Of a stretch of 64,000 bases of DNA, positions 13,058 through 24,622 are shown in pieces; position 1 is the first letter of the stretch, and each line of letters begins with the position of its first letter. The notes under the pieces were generated by a model, which saw only the letters and a program-made list of their open reading frames with translations, did not search any database and had not been told where the DNA came from. Both the position numbers and the translations under genes were made by a program. The DNA lies in NCBI RefSeq assembly GCF_000026545.1, contig NC_011601.1. One strand, 5' to 3'. This stretch comes from Escherichia coli O127:H6 str. E2348/69. GTDB lineage: Bacteria > Pseudomonadota > Gammaproteobacteria > Enterobacterales > Enterobacteriaceae.

Positions 13058-16000
13058 TTAATAATCTCCAGTAAAGCCTGCACAGGATGGCGTACCCCTG
13101 TGCCTTCAACCCGTTTTACCTGACTACGGCAGGAATATCCGGTCGCCAGACAGCGGTTACGCGGCAGTCGCTGCATAGCCTGATGCCAGGATAATTCATA
13201 GATCCCGAGCGAATTTTTATGGTTTTTCGCTTCATGTCCGTAAGTCCCTGCCATGCCGCAGCACCCCACGCTGACATTTTCCAGTTTCGCGCCAAAACGG
13301 GCAAATATTGCCGCCCATTGTGCTGGCGCGCCTGGCAAGGCGGTAACTTCGGTACAGTGACCAAAGAAATACCATGATTCACCGCTGACTGTAGCCACTG
13401 GCTGTGACTCAAGTGCGCTTGCCAGCCATTCATTTGCCAGTAAGACGTTAAACTCGCCACGCTCCTCGCCCAGAGCCAGTTTATATTCATCGCGATAACA
13501 AAGTACCAGCGCCGGGTCGACGCCTACCATTGGCATACCCAGCTTCGCCATACGGTTGAGGAAATCCGCCGTCTTTTTCGCCGTCTTCGCAAAACGATTA
13601 AGAAAACCTTTGATATGCTGGGCTTTTCCATTTGGCGAAAATGGCAGTAACACGGGCTGGAAACCTAATTTTTCGACCAGACGGACAAAATCCGCCACCA
13701 CTTGAGCATCGTAATAGCTGGTAAAGGGGTCCTGCACCACCAGCACCGTGCGCGCTTTCTGCTCTGCATTGAGAGCTTCAAGCTGTTCCAGCGTCATGTT
13801 TGCCGAGCGATGCCCCACCATTTGTTGTTGTAGCGAGGGGACCGACAGCAGCGGCAAATCAACCATGCCGATATGTTTTTCCGAGAGTTTGCGCACCAGC
13901 GGCTGGTTAATGAAGAAGTTAAAGGTTTTCGGCGCGCGTGCCATCAGCGGTGCGTAACTCTCAACCGTAGCGACGAGGTGGTCGCGCAGCGGGCGTAAAT
14001 AACGGGTGTGATAGAGTTGCAGGAAACGAGAGCGAAACTCCGGCACATCAATTTTGATGGGGCACTGAGTCGAACAAGCTTTACAGGCCAGACAGCCCGA
14101 CATCGCCTCTTTGACTTCGTGTGAGAAGTCATATTCGCCTTTATTCGCATGCCAACTATTGCGCGTGCGGGCAATTAACGTCCGCAAACTGACGCCGGAT
14201 TCAGGCAGTTCTTGTTCCAGTTTGAGTGGGTCAACGCCGCGATCCGCCAACAAACGCAGCCATTCACGTACCAGCGTTGCGCGCCCTTTCGGTGAATGAA
14301 TCCGGTTCTGGGTGATCTTCATCGACGGGCACATCGGACTACGAGCATCAAAGTTGAAGCATAAACCGTTGCCGTTACACTCCATTGCACCACGCCACTG
14401 CTGGCGTACCGCAATGGGGATCTGTCGATCGAATGTACCGCGCTTCACCGCGTCCACTTTCATCATCGGCGCATCGAGACATTCTGGCGGGCAAATCTTC
14501 CCAGGGTTGAGTCGGTTATGCGGGTCAAATACCGCTTTCACTTTACGCAGTTCTGCAAAAAGTTCCTCACCGAAAAACGCCGGGCTGTATTCGGCGCGAA
14601 AACCTTTGCCGTGTTCGCCCCACAACAAACCACCGTATTTCGCGGTAAGCGCCACTACATCATCAGAGATTTGCTTCATCAAAATCTCTTGTTGCGGATC
14701 GCACATATCCAGTGCAGGACGGACGTGCAAGACACCTGCGTCGACGTGACCGAACATACCGTAGCTTAAGCCGTGGCTGTCGAGCAGCGCGCGAAATTCA
14801 GCAATATAATCCGCCAGGTGTTCCGGCGGTACGCAGGTATCCTCAGCAAACGGAATTGGCTTAGCAGCACCTTTGGCATTGCCAAGCAGACCAACGGCTT
14901 TTTTGCGCATCGCATAGATACGTTCAACACCCGCCAGCTCGCGGCACACCTGCCAGCCGATCACTCCTGCCTGTTGGCTGGCAATCAGCTCATCAAGCCG
15001 CACACAGAGTGCATTAACTCGCTCGTCAATCAGTGCCTCATCATCACCAGCAAATTCCACAATGTTCAGCCCGAGCATCTCTTTATCAGGCACATCGGTA
15101 ATCAACTCGCTGACGGAATGCCAGACAATATCTTCCCGCGCCAGATTCAGCACTTTTGAGTCCACCGTCTCTACCGAAAGCGCCCGCGCCTCAACCATAA
15201 ACGGCGCGTTACGCAGCGCGGAGTCAAAAGAGTCATATTTGACGTTCACCAGACGGCGTACTTTAGGCAAGCGCGTAATATCCAGTCGCGCTTCGGTAAT
15301 AAAGGCCAGCGTCCCTTCTGAACCCGTCAGAATGCGCGTCAGATCGAACTCGGTCATCTCATCGTTAAAGACATGACGCAGATCGTAACCGGTAAGAAAG
15401 CGGTTAAGCTTGGGGAAGTTGTCGATGATTAACTGGCGTTGCTGACGGCAACGTTGATAAACCGTGTTATAAATTCGCCCGATTGTGGTATTGGATTTAC
15501 CCAGCGTTTCCGCCAGTTCGACGGGTAAAGGTTGCGTATCGAGAATATCGCCCCCCAACAACACCGCGCGTACGCCAAGTACGTGATCTGACGTTTTGCC
15601 ATAGACCAGCGATCCCTGACCGGATGCATCGGTATTGATCATCCCGCCGAGCGTTGCCCGGTTGCTGGTCGAAAGTTCTGGCGCAAAAAAGTAGCCAAAG
15701 GGTTTCAGGTACTGATTGAGTTGGTCTTTAATCACCCCGGCCTCAACGCGCACCCAGCCCTCTTCAGGGTTAATTTCGATGATGCGGTTCATATGGCGGG
15801 ACATATCAACAATAATCCCCTGGTTGAGCGCCTGACCGTTAGTGCCGGTGCCGCCGCCGCGGGGGGTAAAGATCAACGATGAATAGCGTTCCTGCGCGGC
15901 AAGACGGGCGATCAGCGCCACATCTGCGGTTGAACGCGGAAATACCACCGCATCGGGGAGAAGTTGATAAATACTGTTGTCAGTCGACATTGTCAGACGA

Positions 16001-16110
16001 TCGGCATAACTTGTCGCCGTATCGCCGGTAAAACCCTGTTGCTCCAGCTCTTGCAAAAAATTAAGCACCAGTTGAACGACGCCGGGTGCCTGGGAAATCT
16101 GTGGAATCAT
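13054..16110 (-). CDS. ydiJ: FAD-linked oxidoreductase with C-terminal Fe-S domain, YdiJ
   Basis: ORF-track ORF is 1042 aa; start at internal Met (MIPQISQAPG...) gives ~1018 aa. Confidence 0.85.
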   Translation of the reverse strand: MIPQISQAPGVVQLVLNFLQELEQQGFTGDTATSYADRLTMSTDNSIYQLLPDAVVFPRSTADVALIARLAAQERYSSLIFTPRGGGTGTNGQALNQGIIVDMSRHMNRIIEINPEEGWVRVEAGVIKDQLNQYLKPFGYFFAPELSTSNRATLGGMINTDASGQGSLVYGKTSDHVLGVRAVLLGGDILDTQPLPVELAETLGKSNTTIGRIYNTVYQRCRQQRQLIIDNFPKLNRFLTGYDLRHVFNDEMTEFDLTRILTGSEGTLAFITEARLDITRLPKVRRLVNVKYDSFDSALRNAPFMVEARALSVETVDSKVLNLAREDIVWHSVSELITDVPDKEMLGLNIVEFAGDDEALIDERVNALCVRLDELIASQQAGVIGWQVCRELAGVERIYAMRKKAVGLLGNAKGAAKPIPFAEDTCVPPEHLADYIAEFRALLDSHGLSYGMFGHVDAGVLHVRPALDMCDPQQEILMKQISDDVVALTAKYGGLLWGEHGKGFRAEYSPAFFGEELFAELRKVKAVFDPHNRLNPGKICPPECLDAPMMKVDAVKRGTFDRQIPIAVRQQWRGAMECNGNGLCFNFDARSPMCPSMKITQNRIHSPKGRATLVREWLRLLADRGVDPLKLEQELPESGVSLRTLIARTRNSWHANKGEYDFSHEVKEAMSGCLACKACSTQCPIKIDVPEFRSRFLQLYHTRYLRPLRDHLVATVESYAPLMARAPKTFNFFINQPLVRKLSEKHIGMVDLPLLSVPSLQQQMVGHRSANMTLEQLEALNAEQKARTVLVVQDPFTSYYDAQVVADFVRLVEKLGFQPVLLPFSPNGKAQHIKGFLNRFAKTAKKTADFLNRMAKLGMPMVGVDPALVLCYRDEYKLALGEERGEFNVLLANEWLASALESQPVATVSGESWYFFGHCTEVTALPGAPAQWAAIFARFGAKLENVSVGCCGMAGTYGHEAKNHKNSLGIYELSWHQAMQRLPRNRCLATGYSCRSQVKRVEGTGVRHPVQALLEIIK

Positions 16111-16194
16111 TATATTGACCCTTTCCTGCGGTCTGTGATGTAGGTCGATACATTGTTCTTTCAGGCTGCTGCAATAGCGCACTGAAAGGTGATG

Positions 16195-16330
16195 TTTGTT
16201 TACTCTATGGATTTCGAGTTGCAGGAAGGCGGCAAGCGAGTGAACTCCAGGAGCTTACAAAAGTAAGTGACTGGGGTGAGCGAACGTAGCCGCAGCATAT
16301 GCAACTTGAAATACAACGAGTAAATCGTTT
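16195..16330. repeat. ERIC / intergenic repeat unit element
   Basis: Contains aagtaagtgactggggtgagcg (ERIC2 primer sequence) and the partner arm gtgaactccaggagcttaca in imperfect-palindrome arrangement, between ydiJ and ydiK. Confidence 0.8.
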
Positions 16331-16498
16331 GCGTGTTGCCTGAGTTGTTGTACCACATTTTTTTCTTACACGCCCATCAGAATTAAGGGCAGAATCGACC
16401 TGTTAAAAACCGCTGAAATTGCTCATCATTATGCAGGTGAGTTTCGCGTGTTCACGTCGCGTCGACGATTTGACGCACAAAAAAGGTGAAAAGTAGTT

Positions 16499-17611
16499 AT
16501 GGTAAATGTTCGTCAGCCCAAGGATGTCGCACAAATTCTGCTTTCGGTGCTGTTTTTAGCCATCATGATTGTGGCATGTCTGTGGATTGTACAACCCTTT
16601 ATTCTCGGCTTTGCATGGGCCGGTACAGTGGTTATCGCCACCTGGCCGGTATTGTTACGTTTGCAAAAGATCATGTTTGGTCGCCGCTCTCTCGCCGTTC
16701 TGGTGATGACGCTGTTATTAGTGATGGTGTTTATCATCCCTATTGCTTTGCTGGTTAACAGTATCGTCGACGGCAGCGGCCCGCTAATTAAAGCCATTTC
16801 CAGTGGTGACATGACATTACCCGATCTGGCGTGGCTTAAAACCATTCCGGTGATTGGCACGAAGCTATATGCAGGCTGGCACAATTTGCTGGATATGGGG
16901 GGGACGGCGATCATGGCGAAAGTCCGTCCTTATATTGGCACCACCACCACCTGGTTCGTTGGGCAGGCGGCGCATATCGGGCGCTTTATGGTGCATTGTG
17001 CGCTGATGCTTCTCTTCAGCGCCCTGCTGTACTGGCGCGGTGAACAGGTGGCACAAGGCATTCGCCATTTTGCAACCCGTCTGGCAGGCGTTCGCGGAGA
17101 TGCCGCCGTGCTGCTGGCGGCACAGGCTATCCGCGCGGTGGCGCTGGGTGTGGTGGTGACGGCGTTAGTACAGGCAGTGCTTGGCGGTATCGGCCTCGCC
17201 GTATCCGGCGTACCTTATGCAACTTTGCTAACGGTGTTAATGATCCTCTCCTGCCTTGTCCAGCTTGGACCGTTGCCGGTACTGATTCCGGCGATTATCT
17301 GGCTCTACTGGACTGGCGATACCACCTGGGGAACGGTATTGTTAGTTTGGAGCGGTGTGGTTGGCACGCTCGATAACGTCATCCGCCCAATGTTAATTCG
17401 CATGGGTGCCGATTTACCGCTGATCCTGATCCTCTCTGGCGTTATTGGTGGTTTGATTGCTTTCGGGATGATCGGTCTGTTTATTGGTCCGGTTCTGTTA
17501 GCCGTTTCCTGGCGTCTGTTTGCCGCGTGGGTGGAAGAAGTCCCACCACCGACGGACCAACCGGAAGAAATTCTCGAAGAACTTGGCGAAATCGAGAAAC
17601 CGAATAAGTAA
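16499..17611 (+). CDS. ydiK: AI-2E family transporter YdiK
   Basis: 370-aa polytopic membrane ORF. Confidence 0.85.
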   Translation: MVNVRQPKDVAQILLSVLFLAIMIVACLWIVQPFILGFAWAGTVVIATWPVLLRLQKIMFGRRSLAVLVMTLLLVMVFIIPIALLVNSIVDGSGPLIKAISSGDMTLPDLAWLKTIPVIGTKLYAGWHNLLDMGGTAIMAKVRPYIGTTTTWFVGQAAHIGRFMVHCALMLLFSALLYWRGEQVAQGIRHFATRLAGVRGDAAVLLAAQAIRAVALGVVVTALVQAVLGGIGLAVSGVPYATLLTVLMILSCLVQLGPLPVLIPAIIWLYWTGDTTWGTVLLVWSGVVGTLDNVIRPMLIRMGADLPLILILSGVIGGLIAFGMIGLFIGPVLLAVSWRLFAAWVEEVPPPTDQPEEILEELGEIEKPNK

Positions 17612-17796
17612 TTTCTCATCAGGCGGCTCTGCCGCCTGATTGTTAACCCTGGCTAATTGATATTTGCTTGCTCTTCCCCATATTTTCCTGCTTACCGCTA
17701 TTCAGCTGGTAGTACCTGTCGCAAATTCTTTACAGTTTTTAAACTAATGAGACGAATCTGATCGACGCAAAAAGTCCGTATGCCTACTATTAGCTC

Positions 17797-17901
17797 ACGG
17801 TTATAAATCAACATATTGATTTATAAGCATGGAAATCCCCTGAGTGAAACAACGAATTGCTGTGTGTAGTCTTTGCCCATCTCCCACGATGGGCTTTTTT
17901 T
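17797..17901 (+). ncRNA. rprA: RprA small regulatory RNA
   Basis: Sequence acggttataaatcaacatattgatttataagcatggaaatcccctgagtgaaacaacgaattgctgtgtgtagtctttgcccatctcccacgatgggcttttttt matches remembered RprA, ending in hairpin + T-run. Confidence 0.85.
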
Positions 17902-18039
17902 TAACATTTTTCCGCTTCGCTACCTCGCCCCTCACTCTTTCCAATAATGTTGCACAAGATACTGTGACTCTCTTCAAGCCGTCAGCAGGCTGATAATGTT
18001 ATTTATATTTTATTGTTTATTTCATGCAGCCATTACACG

Positions 18040-18396
18040 ATGAACGCTTATGAACTCCAGGCACTTCGCCATATTTTTGCCATGACTATTGATGAATGCG
18101 CGACCTGGATTGCCCAGACCGGTGACAGTGAAAGCTGGCGTCAGTGGGAAAATGGCAAATGCGCCATTCCTGATTGTGTAGTAGAGCAACTGTTGGCTAT
18201 GCGTCAGCAACGAAAAAAACATCTTCATGCCATCATAGAGAAAATAAATAACCGCATCGGCAACAACACCATGCGTTTTTTCCCCGACTTAACCGCGTTT
18301 CAACAAGTCTACCCTGATGGCAATTTTATTGACTGGAAGATCTATCAATCGGTAGCCGCTGAATTATATGCACACGATCTGGAGCGGCTTTGTTAA
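18040..18396 (+). CDS. ydiL: Uncharacterized protein YdiL
   Basis: 118-aa product from internal Met (MNAYELQALRH...). Confidence 0.7.
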   Translation: MNAYELQALRHIFAMTIDECATWIAQTGDSESWRQWENGKCAIPDCVVEQLLAMRQQRKKHLHAIIEKINNRIGNNTMRFFPDLTAFQQVYPDGNFIDWKIYQSVAAELYAHDLERLC

Positions 18397-18495
18397 TTTC
18401 TCCACAGAAAGGAATTGTCGTTGTTACAACAATAATGAACGGATACTGACACAACATCGCTACACTTTTTAAAGCACCTTTGCTAAGTAGAACCT

Positions 18496-19710
18496 ATGAA
18501 AAATCCCTATTACCCTACCGCACTTGGGTTGTATTTTAATTACCTGGTGCATGGTATGGGCGTCATTTTGATGAGCCTGAATATGGCCTCGCTGGAGACG
18601 CTTTGGCAGACTAATGCCGCGGGCGTCTCGATAGTTATCTCATCACTGGGCATTGGTCGATTAAGTGTCTTGCTTTTTGCAGGATTATTATCCGATCGCT
18701 TTGGTCGCCGCCCTTTTATCATGCTCGGGATGTGCTGCTATATGGCCTTCTTTTTTGGCATCCTGCACACCAATAACATCATTATCGCTTATGTTTTTGG
18801 CTTTCTGGCGGGAATGGCAAACAGTTTTCTCGATGCAGGCACCTATCCCAGTTTGATGGAAGCTTTTCCACGCTCACCGGGTACAGCCAATATTTTAATT
18901 AAAGCATTTGTTTCCAGTGGACAATTTTTATTACCGCTAATCATCAGCCTGCTAGTGTGGGCTGAACTGTGGTTCGGTTGGTCCTTTATGATTGCCGCAG
19001 GCATTATGTTTATTAACGCTCTGTTTTTATACCGTTGTACGTTCCCACCCCATCCGGGTCGTCGCTTACCTGTCATAAAGAAAACCACCAGCTCTACGGA
19101 ACATCGCTGTTCAATTATCGATTTAGCCAGTTATACCTTATATGGCTATATCTCAATGGCAACGTTTTATCTGGTTAGCCAGTGGCTGGCACAGTACGGA
19201 CAATTTGTTGCAGGCATGTCATACACTATGTCGATCAAACTACTTAGTATCTACACCGTGGGTTCGCTGCTTTGTGTATTTATTACCGCTCCACTCATTC
19301 GTAATACCGTTCGCCCAACAACATTACTGATGCTGTACACCTTTATCTCATTTACTGCTCTGTTTACCGTCTGTCTGCATCCCACATTTTATGTGGTGAT
19401 AATATTTGCTTTCGTCATCGGTTTTACCTCCGCAGGCGGTGTTGTACAAATTGGCCTGACGTTAATGGCGGAACGTTTTCCCTACGCTAAAGGAAAAGCA
19501 ACGGGGATCTATTACAGTGCGGGCAGCATTGCAACATTTACCATTCCGTTGATTACGGCTCATCTTTCGCAAAGAAGTATTGCCGATATTATGTGGTTCG
19601 ATACCGCCATCGCTGCTATCGGCTTTATACTGGCACTGTTTATTGGCTTACGCAGTCGCAAAGAAACGCGGCATCACACGCTAAAGGAAAATATCGCTCC
19701 GGGTGGGTAA
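18496..19710 (+). CDS. ydiM: MFS transporter YdiM
   Basis: 404-aa 12-TM-like ORF. Confidence 0.8.
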   Translation: MKNPYYPTALGLYFNYLVHGMGVILMSLNMASLETLWQTNAAGVSIVISSLGIGRLSVLLFAGLLSDRFGRRPFIMLGMCCYMAFFFGILHTNNIIIAYVFGFLAGMANSFLDAGTYPSLMEAFPRSPGTANILIKAFVSSGQFLLPLIISLLVWAELWFGWSFMIAAGIMFINALFLYRCTFPPHPGRRLPVIKKTTSSTEHRCSIIDLASYTLYGYISMATFYLVSQWLAQYGQFVAGMSYTMSIKLLSIYTVGSLLCVFITAPLIRNTVRPTTLLMLYTFISFTALFTVCLHPTFYVVIIFAFVIGFTSAGGVVQIGLTLMAERFPYAKGKATGIYYSAGSIATFTIPLITAHLSQRSIADIMWFDTAIAAIGFILALFIGLRSRKETRHHTLKENIAPGG

Positions 19711-19936
19711 TGCAATATTCTTTTCAGGTTATGCAAGATCTTACGGATAAATAACTCTTTCTGCGCTAACTAAGGAAAATCGCGATCAAAAACAAACTAT
19801 GACATGCAATATTCCTGGAAACATAAACTTTATGCCATGTACCCAGGGAAAATCATCTTCAGTATAGTAATTATGTAAACCGTCGGAGAACAATACGTAC
19901 GGTAACGAAATTATCTTTCAGCAAGGAGCTGTGAAA

Positions 19937-21202
19937 ATGTCTCAAAATAAGGCTTTCAGCACGCCATTTATCCTGGCTGTTCTTTGTATTTACTTCAGCT
20001 ATTTCCTGCACGGCATTAGTGTTATTACGCTTGCCCAAAACATGACATCTTTGGCAGAAAAGTTTTCCACTGACAACGCGGGCATTGCCTATTTAATTTC
20101 CGGTATCGGATTGGGGCGATTGATCAGTATTTTATTCTTCGGAGTGATCTCCGATAAGTTTGGTCGTCGGGCGGTGATATTAATGGCAGTAATAATGTAT
20201 CTGCTATTCTTCTTTGGTATTCCTGCTTGCCCGAATTTAACTCTCGCCTACTGTCTGGCAGTGTGCGTAGGTATCGCTAACTCAGCGCTGGATACGGGTG
20301 GCTACCCCGCGCTCATGGAATGCTTTCCGAAAGCCTCTGGTTCGGCGGTCATACTGGTTAAAGCGATGGTGTCATTTGGGCAAATGTTCTACCCAATGCT
20401 GGTGAGCTATATGTTGCTCAATAACATCTGGTACGGCTATGGGCTGATTATTCCGGGTATTCTGTTTGTACTGATCACGCTGATGCTGTTGAAAAGCAAA
20501 TTCCCCAGCCAGTTGGTGGACGCCAGCGTAGCTAATGAATTACCGCAAATGAACAGCAAACCGTTAGTCTGGCTGGAAGGTGTTTCATCAGTACTGTTCG
20601 GTGTAGCCGCATTCTCGACCTTTTATGTGATTGTGGTGTGGATGCCCAAATATGCGATGGCTTTTGCTGGTATGTCAGAAGCTGAGGCATTAAAAACCAT
20701 CTCTTATTACAGTATGGGTTCGCTGGTCTGTGTCTTTATTTTTGCCGCACTGCTGAAAAAAATGGTCCGGCCCATCTGGGCTAATGTATTTAACTCTGCA
20801 CTGGCAACAATAACAGCTGCCATTATCTACCTGTACCCTTCTCCATTGGTGTGTAATGCCGGAGCCTTTGTTATCGGTTTCTCAGCAGCTGGCGGCATTT
20901 TACAGCTCGGCGTTTCGGTCATGTCAGAGTTTTTCCCAAAAAGCAAAGCCAAAGTCACCAGTATATATATGATGATGGGTGGACTGGCTAACTTTATTAT
21001 TCCGCTGATTACCGGTTATCTGTCGAACATCGGCCTGCAATATATCATTGTTCTCGATTTTACTTTCGCGCTGCTGGCCCTGATTACCGCAATTATTGTT
21101 TTTATCCGCTATTACCGCGTTTTCATTATTCCTGAAAATGATGTGCGGTTTGGCGAGCATAAATTTAGCACCCAGTTAAACACAATTAAGCATAGAGGTT
21201 AA
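19937..21202 (+). CDS. ydiN: MFS transporter YdiN
   Basis: ~421-aa membrane ORF, paralogous in sequence to ydiM. Confidence 0.8.
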   Translation: MSQNKAFSTPFILAVLCIYFSYFLHGISVITLAQNMTSLAEKFSTDNAGIAYLISGIGLGRLISILFFGVISDKFGRRAVILMAVIMYLLFFFGIPACPNLTLAYCLAVCVGIANSALDTGGYPALMECFPKASGSAVILVKAMVSFGQMFYPMLVSYMLLNNIWYGYGLIIPGILFVLITLMLLKSKFPSQLVDASVANELPQMNSKPLVWLEGVSSVLFGVAAFSTFYVIVVWMPKYAMAFAGMSEAEALKTISYYSMGSLVCVFIFAALLKKMVRPIWANVFNSALATITAAIIYLYPSPLVCNAGAFVIGFSAAGGILQLGVSVMSEFFPKSKAKVTSIYMMMGGLANFIIPLITGYLSNIGLQYIIVLDFTFALLALITAIIVFIRYYRVFIIPENDVRFGEHKFSTQLNTIKHRG

Positions 21203-21213
21203 AGGAGTTAATT

Positions 21214-22080
21214 ATGGATGTTACCGCAAAATACGAATTGATTGGGTTGATGGCCTATCCCATCCGCCACAGTTTATCGCCCGAAATGCAGAATAAAGCC
21301 TTAGAAAAAGCGGGATTGCCATTTACCTATATGGCCTTTGAAGTGGATAACGATAGTTTTCCCGCAGCAATTGAAGGATTAAAAGCCCTCAAAATGCGCG
21401 GAACTGGTGTATCAATGCCGAACAAACAACTGGCGTGTGAATATGTTGATGAATTAACGCCAGCAGCCAAACTGGTGGGTGCCATCAACACCATCGTAAA
21501 TGATGATGGCTATCTGCGTGGCTATAACACCGACGGCACGGGCCATATTCGCGCCATTAAAGAGAGCGGTTTTGATATCAAAGGCAAAACGATGGTGCTG
21601 TTAGGGGCCGGAGGTGCCTCAACGGCAATTGGCGCGCAGGGGGCAATTGAAGGTTTAAAAGAAATTAAACTCTTTAACCGTCGGGATGAGTTCTTCGATA
21701 AAGCCCTCGCCTTCGCGCAGCGGGTTAACGAAAACACCGATTGCGTCGTGACAGTCACCGATCTCGCCGATCAGCAAGCCTTTGCTGAAGCCCTGGCTTC
21801 CGCCGACATTTTAACCAATGGCACCAAAGTGGGTATGAAACCCCTTGAGAATGAATCATTGGTTAATGATATCAGTCTGTTACATCCGGGACTTCTGGTC
21901 ACTGAATGCGTGTATAACCCGCATATGACGAAGTTATTGCAGCAGGCGCAACAAGCGGGTTGCAAAACGATTGATGGATACGGCATGTTGTTGTGGCAAG
22001 GGGCTGAACAGTTCACGTTATGGACTGGCAAAGATTTCCCTCTGGAATATGTTAAACAGGTCATGGGGTTCGGTGCCTGA
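21214..22080 (+). CDS. ydiB: Quinate/shikimate dehydrogenase
   Basis: 288-aa ORF with GAGGAS NAD(P)-binding motif. Confidence 0.9.
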   Translation: MDVTAKYELIGLMAYPIRHSLSPEMQNKALEKAGLPFTYMAFEVDNDSFPAAIEGLKALKMRGTGVSMPNKQLACEYVDELTPAAKLVGAINTIVNDDGYLRGYNTDGTGHIRAIKESGFDIKGKTMVLLGAGGASTAIGAQGAIEGLKEIKLFNRRDEFFDKALAFAQRVNENTDCVVTVTDLADQQAFAEALASADILTNGTKVGMKPLENESLVNDISLLHPGLLVTECVYNPHMTKLLQQAQQAGCKTIDGYGMLLWQGAEQFTLWTGKDFPLEYVKQVMGFGA

Positions 22081-22110
22081 CAGGCTGACCGCGTGCAGAA
22101 AGGGTAAAAA

Positions 22111-22869
22111 ATGAAAACCGTAACTGTAAAAGATCTCGTCATTGGTACGGGCGCACCTAAAATCATCGTCTCGCTGATGGCGAAAGATATCGCCAGCGTG
22201 AAATCCGAAGCTCTCGCCTATCGTGAAGCGGACTTTGATATTCTGGAATGGCGTGTGGACCACTATGCCGATCTCTCCAATGTGGAGTCTGTCATAGCGG
22301 CAGCAAAAATTCTCCGTGAAACCATGCCAGAAAAACCGCTGCTGTTTACCTTCCGCAGTGCCAAAGAAGGCGGCGAGCAGGCGATTTCCACCGAGGCTTA
22401 TATTGCACTCAATCGTGCAGCCATCGACAGTGGCCTGGTTGATATGATCGATCTGGAGTTATTTACCGGCGATGATCAGGTTAAAGAAACCGTCGCCTAC
22501 GCCCACGCGCATGATGTGAAAGTTGTCATGTCCAACCATGACTTCCATAAAACGCCGGAAGCCGAAGAAATCATTGCCCGTCTGCGCAAAATGCAGTCCT
22601 TCGACGCCGATATTCCTAAGATTGCGCTGATGCCGCAAAGTACCAGCGATGTGCTGACGTTGCTTGCCGCGACCCTGGAGATGCAGGAGCAGTATGCCGA
22701 TCGTCCAATCATCACGATGTCGATGGCAAAAACTGGCGTAATTTCTCGTCTGGCTGGTGAAGTATTTGGGTCGGCGGCAACTTTTGGTGCGGTAAAAAAA
22801 GCCTCTGCGCCAGGGCAAATCTCGGTAAATGATTTGCGTACGGTATTAACTATTTTACATCAGGCATAA
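22111..22869 (+). CDS. aroD: 3-dehydroquinate dehydratase, type I
   Basis: 252-aa [29 protein letters not shown]... Confidence 0.95.
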
Positions 22870-23013
22870 GCAATAATATTTCGGCGGGAATACCCTCCCC
22901 CGCCGAACTAAAAAAGTATTTTTAACCGTATTTAATAAAAATATTTCGTGAGTCTCTGTGCGCTAATTCTCCATCTGGCGTAGGGAAAATCACACCTGAA
23001 TCAGGAATTAACA

Positions 23014-24609
23014 ATGAAACCTGTAAAACCACCTCGTATTAATGGACGAGTGCCGGTCCTGTCGGCACAGGAAGCGGTGAATTATATTCCCGACGAAGCA
23101 ACACTTTGTGTGTTAGGCGCTGGCGGCGGTATTCTGGAAGCCACCACGTTAATTACTGCTCTTGCTGATAAATATAAACAGACTCAAACGCCACGTAATT
23201 TATCGATTATAAGTCCAACAGGGCTTGGCGATCGCGCCGACCGTGGTATTAGTCCGCTGGCGCAAGAAGGTCTGGTGAAATGGGCATTATGCGGTCACTG
23301 GGGACAATCGCCGCGTATTTCTGATCTCGCAGAACAAAATAAAATTATTGCTTATAACTATCCACAAGGTGTACTTACACAAACCTTACGCGCCGCCGCA
23401 GCCCACCAGCCTGGTATTATTAGTGATATTGGCATCGGAACATTTGTCGATCCACGCCAGCAAGGCGGCAAACTGAATGAAGTCACTAAAGAAGACCTGA
23501 TTAAACTGGTCGAGTTTGATAACAAAGAATATCTCTATTACAAAGCGATTGCGCCAGATATCGCCTTCATTCGCGCTACCACCTGCGACAGCGAAGGCTA
23601 CGCCACTTTTGAAGATGAGGTGATGTATCTCGACGCATTGGTTATTGCCCAGGCGGTGCACAATAACGGCGGTATTGTGATGATGCAGGTGCAGAAAATG
23701 GTTAAGAAAGCCACGCTGCATCCTAAATCTGTCCGTATTCCGGGTTATCTGGTGGATATTGTGGTGGTCGATCCGGATCAAACCCAACTGTATGGCGGTG
23801 CGCCGGTTAACCGCTTTATTTCTGGTGACTTCACTCTTGATGACAGCACCAAACTTAGCCTGCCCCTAAACCAACGTAAATTAGTTGCACGGCGTGCATT
23901 ATTCGAAATGCGCAAAGGCGCAGTGGGGAATGTCGGCGTCGGTATTGCTGACGGCATTGGCCTGGTCGCCCGGGAAGAAGGTTGTGATGATGACTTTATT
24001 CTGACGGTAGAAACAGGTCCGATTGGCGGTATTACTTCACAGGGGATCGCCTTTGGCGCGAACGTGAATACCCGCGCCATTCTGGATATGACGTCCCAGT
24101 TTGATTTTTATCACGGCGGTGGTCTGGATGTTTGTTATTTGAGTTTTGCTGAAGTCGACCAGCACGGTAACGTCGGCGTGCATAAATTCAATGGTAAAAT
24201 CATGGGCACCGGTGGATTTATTGATATCAGTGCCACTTCGAAGAAAATCGTGTTCTGCGGCACATTAACTGCGGGCAGTTTAAAAACAGAAATTACCGAC
24301 GGCAAATTAAATATCGTCCAGGAAGGACGGGTGAAGAAATTTATTCGGGAACTACCGGAAATAACTTTCAGCGGAAAAATCGCTCTCGAGCGAGGGCTGG
24401 ATGTTCGTTATATCACTGAGCGCGCCGTATTCACGTTAAAAGAAGACGGCCTGCATTTAATCGAAATCGCTCCTGGCGTCGATTTACAAAAAGATATTCT
24501 CGACAAAATGGATTTCACCCCAGTGATTTCGCCAGAACTCAAACTGATGGACGAAAGATTATTTATCGATGCGGCGATGGGTTTTGTCCTGCCTGAAGCG
24601 GCTCATTAA
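23014..24609 (+). CDS. ydiF: Acyl-CoA:acetate CoA-transferase family protein YdiF
   Basis: 531-aa ORF; synteny. Confidence 0.85.
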   Translation: MKPVKPPRINGRVPVLSAQEAVNYIPDEATLCVLGAGGGILEATTLITALADKYKQTQTPRNLSIISPTGLGDRADRGISPLAQEGLVKWALCGHWGQSPRISDLAEQNKIIAYNYPQGVLTQTLRAAAAHQPGIISDIGIGTFVDPRQQGGKLNEVTKEDLIKLVEFDNKEYLYYKAIAPDIAFIRATTCDSEGYATFEDEVMYLDALVIAQAVHNNGGIVMMQVQKMVKKATLHPKSVRIPGYLVDIVVVDPDQTQLYGGAPVNRFISGDFTLDDSTKLSLPLNQRKLVARRALFEMRKGAVGNVGVGIADGIGLVAREEGCDDDFILTVETGPIGGITSQGIAFGANVNTRAILDMTSQFDFYHGGGLDVCYLSFAEVDQHGNVGVHKFNGKIMGTGGFIDISATSKKIVFCGTLTAGSLKTEITDGKLNIVQEGRVKKFIRELPEITFSGKIALERGLDVRYITERAVFTLKEDGLHLIEIAPGVDLQKDILDKMDFTPVISPELKLMDERLFIDAAMGFVLPEAAH

Positions 24610-24622
24610 CAGGAGTATAATG

